A stretch of DNA of 42,041 bases from a virus (IMGVR_UViG_3300027790_000536:1-42041); one strand, 5' to 3'. Positions 25,869 through 36,113 are shown, counted from the stretch's first letter. Notes: generated by a model from the letters alone, not told the origin. Numbers and translations are program-made.

Positions 25869-26228
25869 ATGAAGTTCGTGCTTGCAGAAGACTACACCTA
25901 CTGGTGGCCGGTGACGGTCCACATCCCGGATCCCGACAAGCCCGGAAATACGCTTTCACAGAACTTCGAAGCCCGCTTCAAGGCAGTGCCGAGCGAGCGT
26001 CTGCGCGAACTGGAGAAGTCGGAAGTCGGCGGTTCGAAGGCGGAAAGTATCGAGGCGCTGATCCGCGAGGCGCTGATCGACTGGCGCGATGTGGAGGCGG
26101 AAGGCGGCGACGATATCCCGTTCTCTCCCGATGCACTGACCGGCGCGCTTCGCTTCTCCTTTTTCCAGGTCGGCGTCTTCGCAGCTCTCATCGAGTCCGC
26201 ACAAGGCGGTGCCGCGCAAAAAAACTGA
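25869..26228 (+). CDS. tail assembly chaperone (gpG-like)
   Basis: between tube and tape measure; ends at slippery A AAA AAC TGA. Confidence 0.85.
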   Translation: MKFVLAEDYTYWWPVTVHIPDPDKPGNTLSQNFEARFKAVPSERLRELEKSEVGGSKAESIEALIREALIDWRDVEAEGGDDIPFSPDALTGALRFSFFQVGVFAALIESAQGGAAQKN

Positions 26229-26602
26229 TCGAGGCCGCGCGTGCCTGGGCTCATGCGCATCGCGGCCTATCCGACCCGCAGCAACCCGCCGGACTGGATC
26301 GGGAGACCCGTGACCAGTTCGAGCAGCTCGGCGTGACCGTGGAGGCGCCGGCAGAAGAGATCGAGGAGCGATTTGACGTGATGGCGGAGAACTGGCGCAC
26401 CGTCAAAGCCTTCCTTCAGCTGGAGACCCAGTGGCGCGTCGCCGTGGGTTTTGCCGGCCCGATCTGGACCGGCCTTGACTACCAGGCGGCCGCAGCAGTC
26501 TTCCGCGGCCGTTCGCGCAAGGCATTCGAGCGGTTAGCCGCTCGGCTGAATGTGATGGAATGCGCGGCGCTGCCGATCCTCAATGCGGGTGACCAGTCAT
26601 GA
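26219..26602 (+). CDS. -1 frameshift extension of chaperone (gpGT; DUF1799-like)
   Basis: open -1 frame KKLIEAARAW...F.QLETQWR.....GLDY...L.VME..AL. Confidence 0.8.
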   Translation, partial: KKLIEAARAWAHAHRGLSDPQQPAGLDRETRDQFEQLGVTVEAPAEEIEERFDVMAENWRTVKAFLQLETQWRVAVGFAGPIWTGLDYQAAAAVFRGRSRKAFERLAARLNVMECAALPILNAGDQS

Positions 26603-28527
26603 CGCTGACGCTTGCCATGCGGGCCACGATGGACGCCGCCGGCGTGGAGGCCGGCGCGCGCGAGGTGCGCCAGTCGCTCGACGGCATCGCCGACCAGGCG
26701 AACGCCACCGGGCGGGCCATGGAGAAGGCTGGCAACCGCCAGGCGGCGGCCTTCCGCGCCGCCTCGTTCCAGACCCGCAATTTGCAGTTCCAGCTCATCG
26801 ACATCGCCCAGGGCATCCCGCTCGCATTCCAGTCCCCGATCTTCGCCATGCAGAACTTCGCCATGCAGGGAGCCCAGATCGCACAGGTCTACGGCCCCGA
26901 CGAGGGTGGTGCGGCGCGTGGGCTGAGGGAAGCCGCCGGCATGGCGGGCCGGTTCGCCGCACGGTTGGCACCCGTCGGCGCTGTCGTCGGCGTCGTCGCC
27001 GCCGGCTTTGCCGGCCTTCGCCACGAAATCAACCAGACGAGCGACACCGAGGTCTCGTTCGGCGACGTCTTCGTCGCGACCCTCCAGACCGCGCGCGACG
27101 GCATCTTCAATCTGTTGCGGCCGGCGATCGAGGCGATCGCGCCCTGGGCACAGTCCGCGTGGGATGCGATCGTCAGCGCAGTCCACGGGACTGGCAACGC
27201 GATCATCAACGGGTTTGCTGCGGCGTTCCGAGCAGTCGCGGAGGTCTGGACTTCGCTTCCCGGTGTACTCGGTGATGCCGTCTACACGGCGGCGAACACG
27301 GTGATCGACGGCATCGAGGCGCTGGTCAACGGGTCACTGCAGGCGATCAATGGCTTCGTCGAGCAGATCAACCGGATCCCTGGCGTGGATATCGAGAAGC
27401 TGGGCGGCGTCTCTCTCGACGGTCTCGACAATCCCTATGCTGGCAGTTTCTCCGGCGCAATGGAGCGCGCCAATGCCGCGATAGCCGATCAGATGCAGCA
27501 GGATCCGATGGGCGGCTTGTTCGATGCTATCAGCAGCCGCGCCGTCAAACGTGCGGTCGCTCGGGCCGAGGAAGAGATCGACAAGGGCGGCAAGAAGGTC
27601 ATTTCAGCCTATGAACGCGCCCGGGCCGCGATCCAGCAAGCGACGCAATCGCAGCAGCTTGAGCTTTCACTGGTCGGCGTTCCCGACCAGATCGCTCTGC
27701 AGTTCCGCAAGGAGCAGGAGCTGCTCAACGCGGCAACAAGAGATGGGCGGACACTGACGGCCGATCTCTATGGTGAGGTCGAGCGTCTGGCGCGGAGCTA
27801 TGCTTCCGCTGCCGTGCAGACCAAGGCAGCGCAAACCGCCCAGGAGGCCTATCGCGAGACGGTGCGATTTGCGCGAGAGATCACGGGCAGTTTCATCAAC
27901 GATCTGAAACAGGGCCTGAAGGCCGGCGAAGGCTTCTGGAAATCATTCGCCAATGCCGCGGTGAGCTCTCTCGACAGGATCATGGACCGGATGGTCAGCC
28001 AGTCCCTGGATGCGCTTTTCCCGGTCAATCAGGCGCCGTCCGGGGGCGGCGGTATCGGCGGATTTGTGGCCAGCCTCTTTGGGGACGCATCTGGAAGCAC
28101 TGACACGTGGGCCGGATTGCGGGGAATGTCAGTTGGCGGCTGGACCGGGCCCGGCGGAAAATACGAGCCAAAGGGCGTCGTCCACGCGGAGGAGTATGTC
28201 TTTTCGTCCGAGGCAACCCGCGCGATCGGCGTCAACAATCTCGAGTCACTGCACCGCGCTGCGCGAAATGGGTTTTCCAACGGCGGAATGCCCGGCTCCG
28301 CGCCTGCCGGCTTTGGAGGAGTCGGCCCGCGCGGCGGCGGCAACATGTATGTGAAGATCGAGGATCATGCCGGCGTGGCGATCGACACGCGCCGCGAGCA
28401 GACGCCGGATGGCGACGAGATGCTCGCCGTCATGATCGACCGCGTCGACGGCGCGATCGCCGATGGCGCCTTCGACAGTTCCTTCGGCCGCTATTCCGGC
28501 GGCAATGTGCGGGGGACGCGGCGATGA
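26599..28527 (+). CDS. tape measure protein
   Basis: Ala-rich helical; lambda-like N-terminal QLIDIAQG...MQGAQIAQV; C-terminal GGWTGPGGKYEPKGVVH.EEYV. Confidence 0.9.
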   Translation: MTLTLAMRATMDAAGVEAGAREVRQSLDGIADQANATGRAMEKAGNRQAAAFRAASFQTRNLQFQLIDIAQGIPLAFQSPIFAMQNFAMQGAQIAQVYGPDEGGAARGLREAAGMAGRFAARLAPVGAVVGVVAAGFAGLRHEINQTSDTEVSFGDVFVATLQTARDGIFNLLRPAIEAIAPWAQSAWDAIVSAVHGTGNAIINGFAAAFRAVAEVWTSLPGVLGDAVYTAANTVIDGIEALVNGSLQAINGFVEQINRIPGVDIEKLGGVSLDGLDNPYAGSFSGAMERANAAIADQMQQDPMGGLFDAISSRAVKRAVARAEEEIDKGGKKVISAYERARAAIQQATQSQQLELSLVGVPDQIALQFRKEQELLNAATRDGRTLTADLYGEVERLARSYASAAVQTKAAQTAQEAYRETVRFAREITGSFINDLKQGLKAGEGFWKSFANAAVSSLDRIMDRMVSQSLDALFPVNQAPSGGGGIGGFVASLFGDASGSTDTWAGLRGMSVGGWTGPGGKYEPKGVVHAEEYVFSSEATRAIGVNNLESLHRAARNGFSNGGMPGSAPAGFGGVGPRGGGNMYVKIEDHAGVAIDTRREQTPDGDEMLAVMIDRVDGAIADGAFDSSFGRYSGGNVRGTRR

Positions 28528-28895
28528 CGGCGCTGTGGCCACAAGGATTGCCGCAATATGTGCTGCGCGAGGGTTTCGCCGAAACCCCGCACTGGCCGCT
28601 TCACGCATTCCAGCCTGAGGACGGGCCGCCGCAGCACATGCCGATGACAACGGTCGATCTTCGCAGCCTGCAATGCGGCATGGTGATGCGCGCCCATCAT
28701 CTCGAATTATTCGAGGACTTCCTGTTTCACGATCTGGGCAAGGCGTCGCTGCCCTTTATCGGCCCGCATCCGCGCACACGCGCGTCCTGGCAACTGATGT
28801 TCATGAACAGCCCGACGCCGTTCCGGATCGTCGTGCGGACAGGCATCGAATGGACCGTCACCTTCACGCTGATGGCGCTCGGGAGCGCGGACTGA
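28524..28895 (+). CDS. distal tail protein (Dit-like)
   Basis: WP.GLPQ...GF.E; FE.F...DL....LPF..PHP; directly after tape measure. Confidence 0.65.
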   Translation: MTALWPQGLPQYVLREGFAETPHWPLHAFQPEDGPPQHMPMTTVDLRSLQCGMVMRAHHLELFEDFLFHDLGKASLPFIGPHPRTRASWQLMFMNSPTPFRIVVRTGIEWTVTFTLMALGSAD

Positions 28896-28896
28896 C

Positions 28897-29415
28897 ATGG
28901 CCCGTTCTATCCCGCTCATTACCCGCCAGTCGCTTGAGGATTACTGCTCGGCCGAGGCGCTCGCCTTCTTCGTCGAGATCGGACACGAGGATGTCGACGA
29001 AAGCGTTCGGCTGGTGACCGACGCCGTCGATTACGTGATGGACGGCGAGACCTGGCACAAGTCCTGGTTCGAGATCACGCTGCTCACCGATACCGACAAG
29101 CCGCCGGAAACGAAGTTCTCCTTCCCCAATGTCGACCGCTCGAAGACGATGCAGATGGAAGGGCTCAACGGGCCGGTCACTGTCAATTTCTGGGTGATCT
29201 CGACCGCCTATTTCGACCGGACGGCGGATCCGCGCACGGTGCTTGCCGGCGAAACCGTCGTCGCTGCCTACCAGGCGCTGCATATCAACCTGGTCAATGT
29301 CCGCGTCACCGGCGCCTCGGTCCAGGGAACGCTTCGCGGCCTGGATATCCGCTCGGAGATCTGGCCCGGCCTCTGGGTCACGCAGGCGCTGTTTCCGGGG
29401 GTCTATCTGCAATGA
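28897..29415 (+). CDS. DUF1833 / gpL-like tail tip protein
   Basis: EI.H....VRLV.D, F.ITL..D, ends FPGVY. Confidence 0.65.
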   Translation: MARSIPLITRQSLEDYCSAEALAFFVEIGHEDVDESVRLVTDAVDYVMDGETWHKSWFEITLLTDTDKPPETKFSFPNVDRSKTMQMEGLNGPVTVNFWVISTAYFDRTADPRTVLAGETVVAAYQALHINLVNVRVTGASVQGTLRGLDIRSEIWPGLWVTQALFPGVYLQ

Positions 29416-29840
29416 ACGTGATCCGCGGCTATGTCGGCATTCCCTATATGGACAAGGGGCGCAGCTTCGAGGGCTGCGACTGCTACGGCCTGCCCTGGCT
29501 GATCTATCGCCGCGTGGCCGGCATCCTTCTGCCGGTCTATGACTGGATCTCGTCGGCCGACACGATCGCATTCGGCCGGGCCATGCGCGACGAGACGGAA
29601 AGCGGACGCTGGCGCAGGCTCGACCGGGACGAGACGCCGCAGCCGTTCGACCTTGTCTCGATGATCGACACGCCGAAGCCCGGTGCGCGCGCCTGGCATT
29701 GCGGCATCGTCGCGGCGCCCGGAACGCTGTTGCATTCGGAGCGCGGCGTCGGCAGCCACCTCACGGATCTCGCGCGTCCGGAGATCGCGCCGCGGCTGAA
29801 GGAGTTCTTCCGGCATCTGGACGTGGAGGCGCGGCAATGA
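29412..29840 (+). CDS. NlpC/P60 tail-associated peptidase
   Basis: YVGIPY...GR...GCDCYGL and HCGIV. Confidence 0.85.
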   Translation: MNVIRGYVGIPYMDKGRSFEGCDCYGLPWLIYRRVAGILLPVYDWISSADTIAFGRAMRDETESGRWRRLDRDETPQPFDLVSMIDTPKPGARAWHCGIVAAPGTLLHSERGVGSHLTDLARPEIAPRLKEFFRHLDVEARQ

Positions 29841-32542
29841 CCGGTCCGCTCGTCACGGCCGTCTGGCGTCCGCCGCTTTCCATGGAGGCCGCGGAGATCC
29901 GCGAGCTGCCCGCGGGCGCGACGCCCGCGCGGTTCGTCGAACTCCTGGGTGACACGCTGCCAATCGACTTCGCCGATCGGGGCGATATCGTTCTCGGCGG
30001 GCATGTGCTGGATCGCGCGCTTTGGGCGAAGATTTGCATCAAGCCGGGGCAGACAATCTCGCTGCACTACGCGCCCGGCCGGGGCGGCAATGCCGGCAGC
30101 CGCGCGGCGCTTGGCCTCGTTATCGCGGTGGCGACGGTGCTGACGGCCGGCGCCGCCCTGGGCGGTGCGTTCGGCGGCATATTCGCAGCCGGCAGTACGG
30201 CCGCCCGCCTGCTCGCCGGCGGCATCACGATCGCCGGCAGCCTGTTGCGCAACGCCCTGACCGCCCCACCGGTCGCCGCTCGGCCGAGAGACGCCTCGGG
30301 CGAGGCGATCGGCGGACCGGCGTCGCTCACCGGCAACATGATCGGCGAAGGCATCCCGATCCCGGCCGTCATCGGCGTGCGCGATATTCATCCGCCCTTC
30401 GTCACACAGCCCCTCATTGAGCGCGTCGGCGAGGAGGAGGTGGTCGAAGCCGTGATGGCGCTCGCCGGATCCTACTCGCTTTCCATGCCGCGCATCGGGG
30501 ACACCTCCGTTGCCGAGGCATCGGACATCACCCTGCAGATCCGCGAAGGCCTGCCCGGCGACACGCCGATCACGCTGATCGAGCGATACGGCGCGACCAA
30601 TGTCGTCAATTCGGAGTTGCCGCCGCACAAGGCGGACCCCGACGATCCGGCCGATCTCGAAAGCCAGACCAACCCGGATGCCAGCCTGCCTACATGGCTG
30701 GGTGCGGCAACAGCCGGCGCATGGGACGAATGCTGGCTGCACCTGACGTTGCCGGGCGGCCTTGCCAAGCCAAGCGCCGAAGGCGAGATCCAGGCGATCC
30801 CGATCCGCATTCGCATGCGCCAGGACGACGAAGACGACTGGCTGCGGCTGCCCGAATTGCATTTTGCCGGATCGGACGTTCGCGAGATCCGGCCAACGAT
30901 CAAGCTCAAGCGCGGTGCGGTGCCCGAACTCGTTCCCGCCATGCCGGCAAACCGGGGCTGGCGCGCAGCCTATGCCGTCTCGCCGGGGCAAACCTCGCCC
31001 AACCCCGAGACGGATGGCTGGACCGCCCATTCCTCCTTCACCGACGGCGCGGGTCCGGATTCGCTTTATGCCGGCAATGAAGGGGCTTCGAATGTCGTTC
31101 GAGTGACCGTCGAAGGGGCCGAGGCGACGATCACACTCGATCCGGCGGTCTTCCCCGAGGGGCGCTGGCAAATCGAGATCCAACGCGGCCTCTGCTACCG
31201 GGTCAGCGATTTTACCTTCTCGTCCTACGACTATGACGGCGACACGATCGACTTCTTCTCCTATGTCGAAAGCGGCGGCACCTATCAGCTCGCCCGATCG
31301 CGAGAAGCCCTGTCGGATGCCTGTTATCTCGTGCGCTGTTGCTCGGTGGTCAATTCGCATCCGGTCAATGGCGGCAAGCCGGTACCGAACTGCGCCTTCA
31401 TCGCGCTGAAGGCCTATGGCCGATCGGTCTCCTCCTTCAAGATCCGCGCCTCGTCGATCGTCGACCGATGGGGCGGCACGGCCTTCGACGATTTCGGGGA
31501 AAGCGCGCGGCCGACCGACCACTTCCACAACGTGTTGCGCGGACCGCTCGCATCACTGCCGCTGCCCGATGCCCTGATCGACAAGGCCAGCCTGAGCGCC
31601 TGGCACGCGGCAAACGTCTCCGAGGACCGCCGCTGCGACATGATCGTAGAGGGCGGGCTCGTCGGCGATATCCTGGCAAATATCGCGGGCTGCGCGTTCG
31701 CGAAGCTGGCCGCGAGCGAGGTTTGGGGCGTCATGCGTGATTACGACCGCTCCGAAGAGGATCCGATCCAGACCTTCACGATCCGCAATTCGTCGGGCCT
31801 CGCCATGTCGAAGGCGTTCACGCCGCGCCTGCCCGACATGTTGCGATGCGTCTATTCCGATACCGAGAACCGGCCGCGCGAGGTGGAGATCTGGCGCGCC
31901 GGCCGTGAGGGTACGCTGCGCCCCGTGGTCGAGACCGTCAACATGGTCGGCCTGACGCGCGAGGCCGACGTCATCGAGCGCGGCACGCATGACCTGCGCC
32001 AGATGGAACTGCGCGCCGCCGTCTTCGATTTCAGCGCCTTTGCCGAGACGATCCGCTGCCGGCGTGGCGACCTGATCGCGGTCAATCACCATGTCCTCGA
32101 CCGGACCCACGATTCGGCGCGCATCCGCGCCGTGACGCTGGAGAAGGACGGCGAAACGGACATGCTGACCGAGCTGATCCTGGACGCGAAAGTGCGTGTC
32201 TACAACGAGCCGGACATGCACGCGGTGACCGACATGCATGCGGTGACCGACATGCACAGCGTCGGCCTGCAGTCCGGCGTGATGATCCGCCGATCGGACG
32301 AGGAGATGACGGTCCACCCGGTCTCGAACGCGACGGGCACGAGCGACACGCTGACGCTGACGACGCCGGTCGAATTGCCCGCGGGCAGCGACGGCCGTCG
32401 CGCGGTGCGAAACGGCAACCTTGTTTCGGTCGGCGCGACGGGACGCGAGGCGCGCCGCCTGATCGCGACCGACATCCAATACGAGAAGGGCTGGAAGGCG
32501 AAGATCTCCGCACTCGCCGAAGCCCCCGAGCTGCACACATGA
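29837..32542 (+). CDS. tail tip / host specificity protein (gpI plus gpJ-like)
   Basis: N-terminal gpI-like region with Gly/Ala hydrophobic stretch, GIPIPAVIG...HPP, WGVMRD....P.Q.F..RNS, RGDLI.V.H. Confidence 0.8.
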   Translation: MTGPLVTAVWRPPLSMEAAEIRELPAGATPARFVELLGDTLPIDFADRGDIVLGGHVLDRALWAKICIKPGQTISLHYAPGRGGNAGSRAALGLVIAVATVLTAGAALGGAFGGIFAAGSTAARLLAGGITIAGSLLRNALTAPPVAARPRDASGEAIGGPASLTGNMIGEGIPIPAVIGVRDIHPPFVTQPLIERVGEEEVVEAVMALAGSYSLSMPRIGDTSVAEASDITLQIREGLPGDTPITLIERYGATNVVNSELPPHKADPDDPADLESQTNPDASLPTWLGAATAGAWDECWLHLTLPGGLAKPSAEGEIQAIPIRIRMRQDDEDDWLRLPELHFAGSDVREIRPTIKLKRGAVPELVPAMPANRGWRAAYAVSPGQTSPNPETDGWTAHSSFTDGAGPDSLYAGNEGASNVVRVTVEGAEATITLDPAVFPEGRWQIEIQRGLCYRVSDFTFSSYDYDGDTIDFFSYVESGGTYQLARSREALSDACYLVRCCSVVNSHPVNGGKPVPNCAFIALKAYGRSVSSFKIRASSIVDRWGGTAFDDFGESARPTDHFHNVLRGPLASLPLPDALIDKASLSAWHAANVSEDRRCDMIVEGGLVGDILANIAGCAFAKLAASEVWGVMRDYDRSEEDPIQTFTIRNSSGLAMSKAFTPRLPDMLRCVYSDTENRPREVEIWRAGREGTLRPVVETVNMVGLTREADVIERGTHDLRQMELRAAVFDFSAFAETIRCRRGDLIAVNHHVLDRTHDSARIRAVTLEKDGETDMLTELILDAKVRVYNEPDMHAVTDMHAVTDMHSVGLQSGVMIRRSDEEMTVHPVSNATGTSDTLTLTTPVELPAGSDGRRAVRNGNLVSVGATGREARRLIATDIQYEKGWKAKISALAEAPELHT
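32213..32263 (+). repeat. 3x 18-bp tandem repeat encoding DMHAVT-DMHAVT-DMHSV
   Basis: GACATGCAYGCGGTGACC x2 plus GACATGCACAGCGTC. Confidence 0.85.
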
Positions 32543-32557
32543 CGAGGATGATATTCG

Positions 32558-33631
32558 ATGGCGCTTGACCGACAGATACCGACCAGTGCGACGCCGTCTC
32601 CTGTCGAAGGCGATGACTTCATGGACGCGGTCCAGGAGGAACTCACCGGTCTGTGGGACCGGTCCTCGATCCTGCTTACCGATATCGACGGAACCGCCAA
32701 CGCGATCACCGGCACCGTGACGCCGGCGCTGACCGGCTCGGCCGTTGCCGGCATGATCTTCCGCTTCGTCGCCGGCGCCGACAATACGGGTGCGACTACC
32801 GTGAACGGTATCGACGTCACCGACATCGACGGGAATGCGCTGACGGGCGGCGAGATCGTCAATGGACGGCTGCATTCCTGCCTGTTCGACGGCACCAATC
32901 TGCGGCTGCTCGGCGGCGGGTCCGGCGGTTCGACCAACACCGACTACCAGGCCTTCACCGCTTCCGGCACCTGGAACAAGCCGGCGGGTGTGCCGGACGG
33001 TGGCCGTGTCATCATCGAAGCCTGGGGCGGCGGCGGCGGTGGTGGCGATAACATTTACGCATCAGGCGGCGGCGGAGGTGGATATTGCCGCGCCGAATTC
33101 CGCGCCGTCGATCTGCCGTCGTCTCTGACGGTATCCGTCGCAAGCGGCGGCGCCGCGGATGCCGCCGGCGGCAATTCCAGCATCGATAATGGCGGCACCA
33201 ACTATCTGATCGCCTATGGCGGTGGCGCCGGCTACGCGAATGACGCCACCGGCGGGGGTGGAGGCGCCGGCGCCGTTGGCAAGGGAGCCAACGCCACGAA
33301 CGTTGATCCGGGCGCGGCCGGCGGCGGTCTCGGCGGCGGCGCCGGCGGGACATATAGCGGCGGGGCCGGGGCCGGCGAACCCCCGGCGTCGCTTTGGGCC
33401 GGTGGAGGCGGCGGCGCTTCAGGCAATGAAGGTGGCGCAGGGGGACAGGGTGGCGACGCTTTATTCGGCGGGGCCGGAGGTGGCGGCTCATACACGAGCT
33501 CGGTCGGCGGCAGCTCACAGTTTGGCGGTGACGGCGGCGCCTACGGCGTGGCCGGCTCACCGCGCGGAGGCGGCGGCGGCGGCAATGCCGCCGGCGGGCG
33601 CGGCGAAGTCCGTATCCATGTAATCTGGTAG
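32558..33631 (+). CDS. tail fibre-like protein with glycine-rich C-terminal domain
   Basis: GTANAIT...G..FRF.A...NTGATT N-terminus; FTASGTW.KP, WGGGGGGG, ends GRGEVRI. Confidence 0.75.
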   Translation: MALDRQIPTSATPSPVEGDDFMDAVQEELTGLWDRSSILLTDIDGTANAITGTVTPALTGSAVAGMIFRFVAGADNTGATTVNGIDVTDIDGNALTGGEIVNGRLHSCLFDGTNLRLLGGGSGGSTNTDYQAFTASGTWNKPAGVPDGGRVIIEAWGGGGGGGDNIYASGGGGGGYCRAEFRAVDLPSSLTVSVASGGAADAAGGNSSIDNGGTNYLIAYGGGAGYANDATGGGGGAGAVGKGANATNVDPGAAGGGLGGGAGGTYSGGAGAGEPPASLWAGGGGGASGNEGGAGGQGGDALFGGAGGGGSYTSSVGGSSQFGGDGGAYGVAGSPRGGGGGGNAAGGRGEVRIHVIW

Positions 33632-33644
33632 GGAGACGAAAGAC

Positions 33645-33983
33645 ATGTCCACCGAGGCAGACATCACATTCCGCGACAATGAGGATTTCGGCTGGGCGTT
33701 CCAGTTCACCGACCGGAACGACAATCCCTACGACCTCACCGGCTCGACCTTCAAGATGGACGTGCGCACAACTGCCGACGCCGGCTCGGCCGAAGCCGCG
33801 TTGACGACCGCCAATGGAGGCATTGTCTCCACGGATCTCGCGGCTGGTACGATCGAGATCGTGATCGCCAAGGGCGCTCTCGATCCCGGCGAGTATGTCT
33901 ATGACCTGGTGCGGGTGAATGGCGGCGCCGAAGAGGTGTTGCTCTATGGCGCGGTCACCGTGATCGACGGGGTGACGGCATGA
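33645..33983 (+). CDS. BppU-like Ig-fold tail accessory protein
   Basis: PYDLTG.TFKM.VR, G.I.I, G.YVYDL, LLYG.VTV..GVT. Confidence 0.65.
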   Translation: MSTEADITFRDNEDFGWAFQFTDRNDNPYDLTGSTFKMDVRTTADAGSAEAALTTANGGIVSTDLAAGTIEIVIAKGALDPGEYVYDLVRVNGGAEEVLLYGAVTVIDGVTA

Positions 33984-34972
33984 GCAGCGTCATCGTCAAG
34001 GGCGGTTCACCTTTCACCGTTCGCAGGCCGGCCAAGGCCACGCGCATCTCCCAGGGGAGCAAGGCGCTATCGCCGCCCGCCGGCGCAACGGGCGCCACCG
34101 GCGGCGCCTTTTCCTTCGAATACGACGCCTCCTCGCTGGCCATGACCGACCCGACGGACGGAAAGTTCCGGCTGAACAACGCGACGCCCGAATCCGCCAC
34201 GGCGTTGGCGATCTCGGCCGCGCTTGCGGATGCGACGGGTGTTTCCGCACTGATCGCTGCGCAACTCGGGACGCCTGTCGATGGCCGGCTGATGGTCACT
34301 ACGAGCGGGTGCAGGCTGGAATTCGAGGTCACGGCGCTCGCCGACAATGGCGACTGGCTGCAGCTTACGCTCGCCAACGGCCTGATCGCTGGCGCGCTGT
34401 CCGACGAGGATGTCTGCGAACTGGTGTTTACCGACACGAAGGCATCGGCAGCAGCAGCGGCTGCCGTCGCGGCGCAGGCTGCGGCGGAGACGGCGCAAGG
34501 GGCAGCCGAAACAGCCCAGGCTGCATCGGAAGCCGCTCAGACCGGGGCCGAAACAGCCGAAACAAACGCGGAGACGGCGCAGGCCGCTGCCGAAGCAGCT
34601 CAGACCGGTGCGGAAGCTGCACAGTCGGCGGCCGAGGCGGCGAGCCTGATCGAGTATTCCGCCTTCTGGCTCAACGAAGACGGAAGTGTGATCGCGGAAG
34701 GCGGATGGCCGATCACCCGGCGCGCCACAAGGGCGATCACCGTCGCCAATCTGTTCGCCGAGGTGACGCATGCCGGCGCCGGCGAAAGTCTCGATATCGA
34801 GGTCTTTGTCGACGGCCTGTCCGTCTACGGCCCGACGACGGTGACCTATGGCACGCCGCTCGATCTCGACGCGCTTTCGATCGATGTCGATGCCGGCTCG
34901 CTGATCGGCGTCGATCTCAAGGACGCCTCGGGGACGCCCTGGGGCTTCTGGCTGCAAATGAGCGGGAACTGA
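33980..34972 (+). CDS. tail fibre/spike protein with Ala-rich heptad stalk
   Basis: DP..GKFRLNNAT N-terminus; AQAAAET/AQGAAET/AQAASEA/AQTGAET heptads. Confidence 0.7.
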   Translation: MSSVIVKGGSPFTVRRPAKATRISQGSKALSPPAGATGATGGAFSFEYDASSLAMTDPTDGKFRLNNATPESATALAISAALADATGVSALIAAQLGTPVDGRLMVTTSGCRLEFEVTALADNGDWLQLTLANGLIAGALSDEDVCELVFTDTKASAAAAAAVAAQAAAETAQGAAETAQAASEAAQTGAETAETNAETAQAAAEAAQTGAEAAQSAAEAASLIEYSAFWLNEDGSVIAEGGWPITRRATRAITVANLFAEVTHAGAGESLDIEVFVDGLSVYGPTTVTYGTPLDLDALSIDVDAGSLIGVDLKDASGTPWGFWLQMSGN

Positions 34973-34974
34973 TC

Positions 34975-35796
34975 ATGATCGAGTTTCACAATTACGCCGT
35001 CGCCCCCTACGCCCCAGGCGCGGGCGGAGGGTATCTGCCTGAATCGACGGCTTTGTTCGCGCGTTTCACGACGCCGCCTACCAATGCCCGTAAGACGCTG
35101 ATTAACACGCTAATCAAAACTCTCAAGGATGGGGGAGTTTGGTCGAAACTGGATGCGCTGTATCTCACGGCAGCGGCGGATGCGCAGGCGGCACGCCGCA
35201 ACTGGATCTCCGATGCATTTAACCTGACGGCGATAAACAGCCCAACGTTCACCACTGACCGGGGCTACGCCGGTGATGGTTCGTCAAGCTACCTTAATAC
35301 AGGGTTCAATCCGACGACCGTAAGTAGCCCGATGTATATGCAAAACAGCAGCCATATTTCGGCCTGGAACCGAACGACGCGTGCCGCCACCGACAAATCG
35401 CTCATGGGCGCTCGGCAATCCACAACCAAGTATATTGACCTTGGCCCGAGGATCGTCAGTGGCGGCGGCGGCTTCCTGGGTCGAATGGGTGGCGTGACCG
35501 GTTTCATCGAGCCGAATACGAACTCTGACGGACATTTCGTCGTGAACCGAGCTAGCTCGGCTGGTTTTGAGGGGTACAGGAACGCTTCGCCTTTGGGTAG
35601 TGCCGCCATCGCGTCCATTACTCCACCAAACTCCTTCATCGCGTTGCTCGGAAGGTCGTTCAACGATAGCACTGCCGACGCTCTGACGACTGACCAGATC
35701 GCGGCGGCCACGATCGGCGGCAGCCTTTCGGCGGGCGATGTTTCAATCCTCAACGGGGCACTCAACGCCTACCTAATAGCAATAGGAGCAGCCTAA
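34975..35796 (+). CDS. putative receptor-binding/tail accessory protein (lectin/LamG-like)
   Basis: LK..GVWSKLDALY, G..GDGSSSYLNTGFNP; codon usage less GC-biased than neighbours. Confidence 0.6.
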   Translation: MIEFHNYAVAPYAPGAGGGYLPESTALFARFTTPPTNARKTLINTLIKTLKDGGVWSKLDALYLTAAADAQAARRNWISDAFNLTAINSPTFTTDRGYAGDGSSSYLNTGFNPTTVSSPMYMQNSSHISAWNRTTRAATDKSLMGARQSTTKYIDLGPRIVSGGGGFLGRMGGVTGFIEPNTNSDGHFVVNRASSAGFEGYRNASPLGSAAIASITPPNSFIALLGRSFNDSTADALTTDQIAAATIGGSLSAGDVSILNGALNAYLIAIGAA

Positions 35797-36113
35797 TGGG
35801 TATACAGAATTTCTTCGTGCTGAACGATGCGCAGCGCACGACTGCCATGGCATGGAACAGCGAGGATGTCGCCATTATGCCCCGTGCGGTGGACAATTCG
35901 ACACCTGGCGTCGGCATCAACCTCAACGACAATGCGGCTGACTATGACCCAGCCGAACCCGTGACGCTGACGGGCGCCTTTGTCGCGCCCAAGGCCATCG
36001 TGGATGACCAGGAATATCAGACCTATGCGCCGGCCATGATCACGTTCCTGCTGACGCTGCCTTGGTGCTCACTGGAAACCGAGACGATTTTCACGCCGCC
36101 GCCAGCCTACTGA
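35796..36113 (+). CDS. hypothetical protein
   Basis: TAATG coupling; AGGAG RBS. Confidence 0.7.
   Translation: MGIQNFFVLNDAQRTTAMAWNSEDVAIMPRAVDNSTPGVGINLNDNAADYDPAEPVTLTGAFVAPKAIVDDQEYQTYAPAMITFLLTLPWCSLETETIFTPPPAY

Noticed and set aside
33020-33600. GGC-rich repeats as a possible array or DGR target
   Set aside because: Simply poly-Gly coding; no reverse transcriptase or TR/VR pair seen.
34440-34645. 21-bp quasi-repeats as a CRISPR-like array
   Set aside because: Degenerate in-frame heptad coding with no spacers and no cas genes.
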